Source: Oikopleura dioica (lineage: Eukaryota > Animalia > Chordata). From it: DNA of 64,000 bases. Made by a program: the position numbers and the translations under genes. Shown one piece after another: positions 56,647-64,000 of this stretch. The notes under the pieces are model-generated. The model was not told the origin of the DNA. It did no database searches and was given only the letters and a program-made list of their open reading frames with translations. The stretch covers positions 2,439,929 through 2,503,928 of the forward strand of contig OU015570.1 of the NCBI GenBank assembly GCA_907165135.1, written 5' to 3'. Positions within the stretch are counted from its first letter, which is position 1. The number at the start of each line of letters is the position of its first letter.

Positions 56647-59600
56647 GAAATGGATCTTATGACTCGTCACATAAGGTCCATGCCGCTGTCTCGTCTATCG
56701 TCAGCCGAGTCGGCCCAAAATTTCTATCACCAGCAACAATTTACGGTCAGCACACTCGTTTTCAGATAGATACCGGCGCTCAGGTATCCTGTCTACCCCG
56801 CTTTCTTATTCCGTCTCATCTTCAATCATCAATCGTCCCATCTCCGGTACAACTCCAGTCTTACAATGGAACCGAGATTCAAGTCTACGGGTGCATCTCA
56901 ACCAGTTTCAAAATCGGAAATATATCAATGGAAAAATGCATCTTTTACGTCGTAGGGGACTGCAGCCCGATTCTTGGAACTCAAGAACTCACAGAAAATG
57001 GAATTCTCATTGATCTACACAAAAGCGTTCTTCGACAAGACCAGACTGAAGAAAAACTTCAAATTTGCAAAAGTCCCGCTACAGGAATCAAAACAATATC
57101 AAAAACAACGTTCTTCTCAACAACAGCGGTGTCTTCAGCCCCAATAACAATCATGCCAAAATCATCAACCTTCATCGACGTTGACCTCAAATCCTGTCCA
57201 ACCAGCTATATTTGTTCTGTCCCAGAAAACGCCATCAATAAAAATATTGAAATCTACGATCAATGCGTCCAAATCGGAAGCCTTAAAAGCAAGACGAGAA
57301 TACACATTGCAAACAAATCGGCAGTCCCAGTCTTCATAAACAAAAATGCTGCAATTTGTCAGATCAAAGAAGTGGAAATTAAAATACCAGACCCAGCAAT
57401 CCAAGGAAAATTCAACGATATCATACGCGAACTAAGCATAGGAGACGTCTCACCAGAAATCCGACGGAAACTCGAAGAACTCATCATGAAGTACACGGAC
57501 GTTTTCGCAGTCGAGGACGAGAAACTCGGAACCACCGATGCCATGTCGTACAAGATCGATACGGGGGACGCCGCTCCCGTGGCTTCTCAAAGATACAAAA
57601 CTCCCTACTACCTAAGAAGAGAGCTCAGACGAATTATCGACGCATATCTTTCGTCCGGACTCCTTGAGCCCTGTTCAAGCCCGTGGGCAGCTCCTGTTCT
57701 TCTTGTCAAAAAACCAAACGGGAAATGGCGCCTTGTTTGTGATTATCGTAAGCTTAACGCTGTCACGATTGCGAATCAGTGCCCGCTGCCAGACATTGAC
57801 GGACTTATCGATCAAATGGCTGACTCAACTGTCTTCTCAACTGCGGATCTCGTCACTGGTTTTCACCAGATTCCATGCGACGAAGAGACCAAGCAGAAGG
57901 TTGCAATAACGACCGATTTCGGGCAGTTTACATGGTCGGCGATGCCGATGGGCGGGAAAAACGCCCCAGCAGTGTTTCAAATGATGATGGATAAAATCTT
58001 CCAACACATACCAAGCAGCCAACTCGCCATCTACCTTGACGATCTTTGTCTGCATTCTCGGACGATGAAAGAAAATCTCGACGTTATTGAAAAGGTTCTC
58101 ATGACTCTGAGAAAGAACAACTTGAAAATACGCGCGGCAAAGACGGAATTCCTCAAGAAGAGAATTAAATTTTGCGGGGCTATCATTGAAAATGGATTCC
58201 GGTCGCCTAACCCAGAAAAGACGCTAGCGGTGCGCGAGCTAACACGACCTACGAACAAGAAAGAAGCGTCAAGTGTCTTTGGACTTCTCAACTACCATCG
58301 AGCTTTCATTCCGCATTTTGCATCGAAAGCAGCACCAATCAACAAAGCCATGAGCAAAGGATTCAAATGGACAAAGGAAGCTGACGAAGCACTTACCTTG
58401 CTCAAAAACGAAATTGGGAACTACGTTGACTCCTTGAAAATACCAAACCCAAACTCGGGTCGTTTTGCGATTGAAACTGATGCCAGCGAGTCCGGGATTG
58501 GAGCAGTCTTGCTTTACCAAGAATCCGACAACGACAACGATTCTTTCCTGTAGCGTACCTCTCCCAAAAATTCGACGCTGCCCAGAAAAACTACAATATC
58601 TGCGAGAAAGAGCTACTTGCAGGGAAGAGAGCAATGGAGAAATGGTCGCATTACCTTCTTGGTAGATCATTTATTTGGTTTACCGATAATTCTATTGTTA
58701 ATTGGGCACACAGAATAATGAGCAGAAAACTCAAAATTGCGAAATGGCTCGCGGAAATAAGCGACTTCGATTTCCAAACTGTGATGAAGCCGTCAAATGA
58801 AATGAAAGTATCCGACTGCCTGTCAAGGAATAACGAAACCGCCCAGAGTATCTCCATTAATGTGGTCAACCCAAGAGAACTGTTATTTCTCCAACAAGCT
58901 GATCCTATCCTCAGGGATATCTTTCATTTCCATCAGATTGACCGCTGGCCGAATCTCCCTACCGAAGAAGTTGCGAAGTTCCGACGATTCCGAGACAAGA
59001 TTGTCATCAGAGAAGATGGCCTCCTCGGCGTCAACGACAATGGACACAAAGTGATTCCCCCAGCCAGCCTCATTTCAGATATCCTTCGCGAATATCACGA
59101 AAATGCTGGTCATCCAGGCATTGGCCAGACTCTCGACAGCATAGAAGCGAAGTATTTTCGACCGGAGATGAAGAAGGCAGTAACGGAACATATAAGATCA
59201 TGTCTGGGCTGCCAATTAATCAAACCTGTGAATAATCCTCTTAATGCACCACTTGGTTATGTGAAGCCCCCAACAAGACCCTTTCAACGATATTCGATTG
59301 ACCTGGTTGGACCACTTCCACTGACAGACAATTACAAGCGGTATATCTGCGTCAGCACTGACCTATTCAGCAAACGAACTAATGCGACGGCGCTCCGAAC
59401 AAAGAACCCCGAAGAAGTATTGGAAGCTCTTCAACAAGAATGGCTAAGGAACCCAACTCTACCAGCAGAAATTCTCATGGATAACGGGGGCGAATTCAAA
59501 GCTGTTAAAGAATGGAGTGAAGAAAAAGGTCTCAAAGTCTCCCTTTCTCCTGCCTATCACCCTCAGACCAACGGGGAGTGTGAAAACCGAAATAGAACAA

Positions 59601-60862
59601 TCAAGTCAAGGCTCAAACTCGCCTGCCAAATGGACAACTGGGACTTACATCTTCCTTATGTTATCCACCAGATGAGTTCTGCAAAACATTCTGTCACAAA
59701 AGCAACGCCGTTTGAAATAGAAACTGGATTCAGAGGAGAGAACGTTAACGACAATTTTCGACCGGAACCGGAGCGAAGAGAAGTCTGTTTCGAGAATATT
59801 CAGAAGAAGATATTAGAAAACCATGAAAAACGACGGTCATCGGATGAAACGATTCACAATTTCAAAGAAGGTGATCTTGTTCTTTGCAAAAACACAGACC
59901 CGCTCGAGAAAATCTTTAAATGGACGGGGCCAATGAAGATAACAAAGGTTAAGAAGCAAGGCCTCAGCTTCATCCTGGAAAATCAGACCTCGGGCAGGGA
60001 ACTAAGCCGACATATATCACATCTTAAACCTTTTGTGGAAAGACCGCGATCTCGAGACAGTCAAGACCGACCTACCGAACCCCCGACAGTAACGAAAACG
60101 AAACGAGACACTCGTAAAAGGACGTCATACTGCATCCAAACTCGTAGCCAGACGAAACCGAGCCCACGTCAACAAGAACTCAGCACAGCAAGCTCAGCCA
60201 GCCCAAATTCCTCAAACCGAGATCCCATCGAAGTAGTAAATGAAGATTTATCGACTCAAGAAGGCTCTTCTGAAACCAATCAACAAGCCCCGACGACGCC
60301 AGATCCAGTCAATGAGACAATATTCTACGACGCCGAATCACCAGAGAACATGGATGGAAAAGAATCTATTCATAGCGGCTCGACAGAAGTAGCAGAATTA
60401 ACCGAAAATGTCTCAACCTCTGAGCCGCCCCGTAAACTCGTCTCACCGGTCGTTCAAAGATTAGCGAACCTCCACGAAAGAGCATTGGAGAAATTTATCC
60501 GGGATTACAAATGCGGAATCAAAATTGGAACATGGGCATCACTTAAAAACTCAAAGGCGAAGAAATTGGAGAAGATTAATGAATGGATAAAGTCAAATCA
60601 CCCAGACTGGGAGAAGGACAGCGAAGGGTTTTATCTTATAAAACACAACGCCTTGATGCTTGAAAAAAAAACGTACCTGAGTGCCTTCACGATTGTCGAG
60701 ATGGGCGTCCTTGCGAAGCATATGGGCCTCAATATAGAGACCGAGGGCAAATCGAAAGCCGAACTTACAGAAGAAATCACAGCGAAAGCAAGAGAAAAGT
60801 ACCCGTTCCTCAAAACAACGTCAAGTGGAAACCTCATAATCGACCCCGCTCACTTCGTTTGA
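56640..60862 (+). pseudogene. pol: Pol (PR-RT-RNaseH-IN plus long C-terminal extension) with one frameshift at about 58548
   Basis: IDTGA, PWAAPVLLVKK, YLDD, ETDAS|(shift)PVAYLSQK, HENAGH..CLGC, SIDL/MDNGGEF/CENRNR. Confidence 0.95.
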
Positions 60863-62369
60863 ATAAGTCAAGCCGCTCCGAATCTTCCATCTAAAGAACC
60901 CGCCGCCAAGTCACCGTTGACACGACTGGACAAGCCGACAAAATAAAATCTTTTCAAGCCAGCCACCATGTGAATACTTTGTAAAATTTTAGTAATATTT
61001 TACATATTTGTTACTCATTCGCCACGGATATTAGTTATCTCGACTTTTGTAAAATTTTAGTAATTTTTTACAAATATCTTACTTCTGCGCCACTTAGACA
61101 CTCATAGAGATATTTGTAAAATTTTAGTAATATTTTACATATTTGTTACTCACTCGCCACGGACATACGTAACTTCGACTTTTGTAAAATTTAAGTAATA
61201 TTTTACATATTTATCCTTCACTCGCCACTGACATAAGTTATTTCGACTTCTGTAAAATTTTAGTAATTTTTTACATATTTCTTACTTATTTTGATCTGAC
61301 TTGTACAGAACCCTTTATTCTGCCCTATTTTAATGTGCGCTGACCCGATTACAGTTATCGACGTGACGAATCGACGATTGCAATCATAAACAACTGATTT
61401 ATTTCCCAACTCTGAAACACCTGACTGACTCTGACTCCCTTTATAAGCGATTTCCGCCCTGCCAAAAACATTCAAATTCAATAAAACCTCGATCGACTTT
61501 AAATTTTTGTTCCAGTCTTGTCTAGTCATATCAATTGTTGGAAAGCTTGATCACTTTTTTTTTTGTGAACTCTCTCAAACTAATTTTAACAAGGCAAAAA
61601 TAGTCAAATCATCGAACGTTTGCTGCTCAGCGCTGAATCTCATTTCTTGAACTATCCTTCTGCAGTTTTTTTATTGCAAAAAATGTCGTTCTTACCAATT
61701 TATCTTGATTTTTTTTATCACGAAAAAATTTCTTCGACCCATTTCTCAGCAGGGTATCAGGACCAAAGATGCGCTTCCTGCTAAGAATTTCATTGCGCCC
61801 TCTTTTGACCATTTTTCGAATAAAAGAGCTGGAACTTCCATTACTAGTGGCACAAATGGAAGCTCCAGCTGTCGAAAATGACGAATGCTCGCATGGTGTC
61901 GCAGCGACACTGTCGCTTATTCGGGCTTTAGTTTTCGGGGCAATCATCAAAAATCATCGGTATGTAACGAATGTAACGACTTTGCTGACAATGTAACGAA
62001 AACAGAGACATGTTGTTTTTAATCAGCTGATTCTAGAATTTTTTTCTAAAAAGCGATTTTTTGGAGCGTCATTTTTTACAAAAATTAAAGATGTCAAGAA
62101 GGGCAAAAATAGTACAGCAAAGCATAGAAATGGTACAGTTTTTTATGGAATTTTTGGACATCCAATTTTTGGACATTTTTGCTATTTTAAGGGGTTTTCT
62201 TGGGACACTTTTCAAAAATCTTTGTTTTTCATACCCGCTTTTAATGAGTAAAAATGATGATGAGATTAGAATAACAAAAAAAATCTCTAGAATTTTACTC
62301 ACAATTGTTACATTTGCAACGAGAAAAAGACGTGTTTTTGAATTATTGTTACTTTCGTTACATTCGTAA

Positions 62370-63075
62370 CATATTCAGTTATAAAGCAGAAGAATCTCTG
62401 GGGGGTCTCTCTAGTCCACTAGTACTCTATGAGTCCTAGTGGTTGGTGCTGCACTTGCTGTCGGTTTCTTCGGGTTCTGCTGGTGTCTGCTGGATAAAAG
62501 AGAGTCAAGTTGTTTATGTCGGTTTTATTCTACTGAATTATAAATTATAATTTATAATCAATGAACTAACAGCAAGGTGCACGCTTTATATAGTACAGAA
62601 AAGGGAAAATAAGAACAGTCGAGAAGCTCCTTGATCGGGATAGATGAATCTTCAAGCTTCTAAGAACAGTGATGGAATATTCGAGTAGATTCTCCAAATG
62701 ATGTCATCCTTCGTAATCGTGAGTCATAGTGAGTAAGGGTGTCCAGAATGTTCCAGGACCTTCATCCAATGAAGTCGATCCTTAGTCACTGATGAATCAG
62801 GATGAGATCTCAAGCTTTGTGCTCACCATAGGTGGCGCAACTGAGCAACCACTAGAGGTCACTAGAGAGCTATTCCTGAGTGTCCACTAGGTGGGGCGCG
62901 AGAGCTGACGCTAGATGGGGCGCGAGAGCATGCACCATGTGGCGCTGTTTCAAGTGAGCATTAGCTCAGTTATGCTCTTGTAAGGTATATGAATGGATGT
63001 ACACTTATAGCAATGATGTCACCTGACGTCACCGGAAGTGAACCGGAAGTTACCGGAAGTAACCAGAAATGATCA
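62370..63075 (-). mobile_element. Probable solo LTR; boundaries approximate
   Basis: On the minus strand, an enhancer-like motif cluster (63024-63060) precedes TATATAAA (about 62586-62593) and then AATAAA (about 62523). No coding region. Confidence 0.5.
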
Positions 63076-64000
63076 CAGGCATTTGCTACGGGCAAGAGCA
63101 ATTCTTGCCTAGCATTTTCACTCAATTAGCGCCCTCCGGCGACCAAACACCGGGAAAGTCTCTGTTACTGAGAACAGGATACTGCTCTCTCCACTCAGAC
63201 ACTATTGTAAGGGATATTCTCCCTTACATCTCCTCCCCCTCATCGGAAAAAGAAAAAATTCTTATCGTTGACCTTTACTTTTACGTTCAGATTTTTCTGT
63301 ACTTTCGATCTCTCACTTGAACTTTGACTAGCCGCTTTTATGTCGGGTTTTTCAGTTAGATTGCATTTTCTTGTCGTAAGTTTTTACAATTTTAATTTGT
63401 AGCAGATCATGACTCTGACATATCATGTCGTTCTCAATTGCTCTATTTCAAAATCATTGACTTTGGGACTCAACAAATCGATTCCACTTAGGTTCCAAAA
63501 TCTTAGACTCGCCTTAATACGGTATGAATCATCACGGTATGATAATCTCTTAGCGTAGTGGTATCGCTCTGGGACTAGTAGCAGACGGCGCGAGGTCGAA
63601 GCCTGCTCATCTTCTTTTTTATCCAATCAGGCTGAACCGATTGTGAAATTTTAACAAAACTTTAAATTTTGATCATTATTTCAGCATTCACCCCCTAGGT
63701 ACCGTATACAGTCACTTAAAAGCGCTTGATATGCTCTTTTATTTGCTAGAAAATTACGAGGTAACCTTTTGGCACTTTTTTTCTACAGGCAAAAGTATGT
63801 TTTGTCTGCCCTTGTCACGTGATTTTTGGGGTGAAAATGTGCTTTTTGGGTTTTCTTGTAATGAAATTAAATGATCCTTAGATGAAAACCAATCTTTTTG
63901 TATGGTTACAATATAGATACATCTACTTTCAAATTTGCCGATTTTCCCACTGTGCACCCCCTACGTATACTGTATATTTCAGAATTTCTGCTTTTGACAA

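Larger units (their letters stand above)
54916..61533 (+). mobile_element. Full-length recent Ty3/gypsy element (6618 bp), no env
   Basis: 616-bp TG...CA LTRs that appear identical (54916-55531, 60918-61533). TSD ATTGT (54911-54915, 61534-61538); PBS TGGCGACCAG at 55532. Confidence 0.96.

Overview
Eukaryotic, AT-rich, transposon-saturated window with no prokaryotic genes, rRNA, tRNA or CRISPR. The 39-59 nt introns, env-bearing Ty3/gypsy (Tor-like) elements and TTAGGG tracts suggest a larvacean tunicate such as Oikopleura; this is inference, not verified. The centrepiece is a young, full-length 11,510-bp retrovirus-like LTR element at 20448-31957 (minus strand). It has identical 156-bp LTRs with non-canonical TA...TA ends, a CGCTC target-site duplication (TSD), gag, an intact 1307-aa pol and a 921-aa env. 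Between env and the 3' LTR lies a roughly 2.6-kb accessory region with two orphan sense ORFs (175 and 278 aa) and an antisense gene whose two short GT-AG introns splice three exons into a 153-aa ORF. This element is nested in the gag of an older gypsy element (18043-36815) whose pol is broken by three MITEs. A second recent gypsy element (54916-61533; identical 616-bp LTRs, ATTGT TSD) has an integrase C-terminal extension resembling a Rho-N/HeH DNA-binding motif. Also present: two further decayed LTR elements, solo or truncated LTRs, a compact cluster of small orphan genes with two RING-HC paralogues (37.7-43.6 kb), a 58-59 bp satellite, and many pogo-, Mutator- and Kolobok-like non-autonomous elements. 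Domain calls are by visual motif recognition only; no searches were run.
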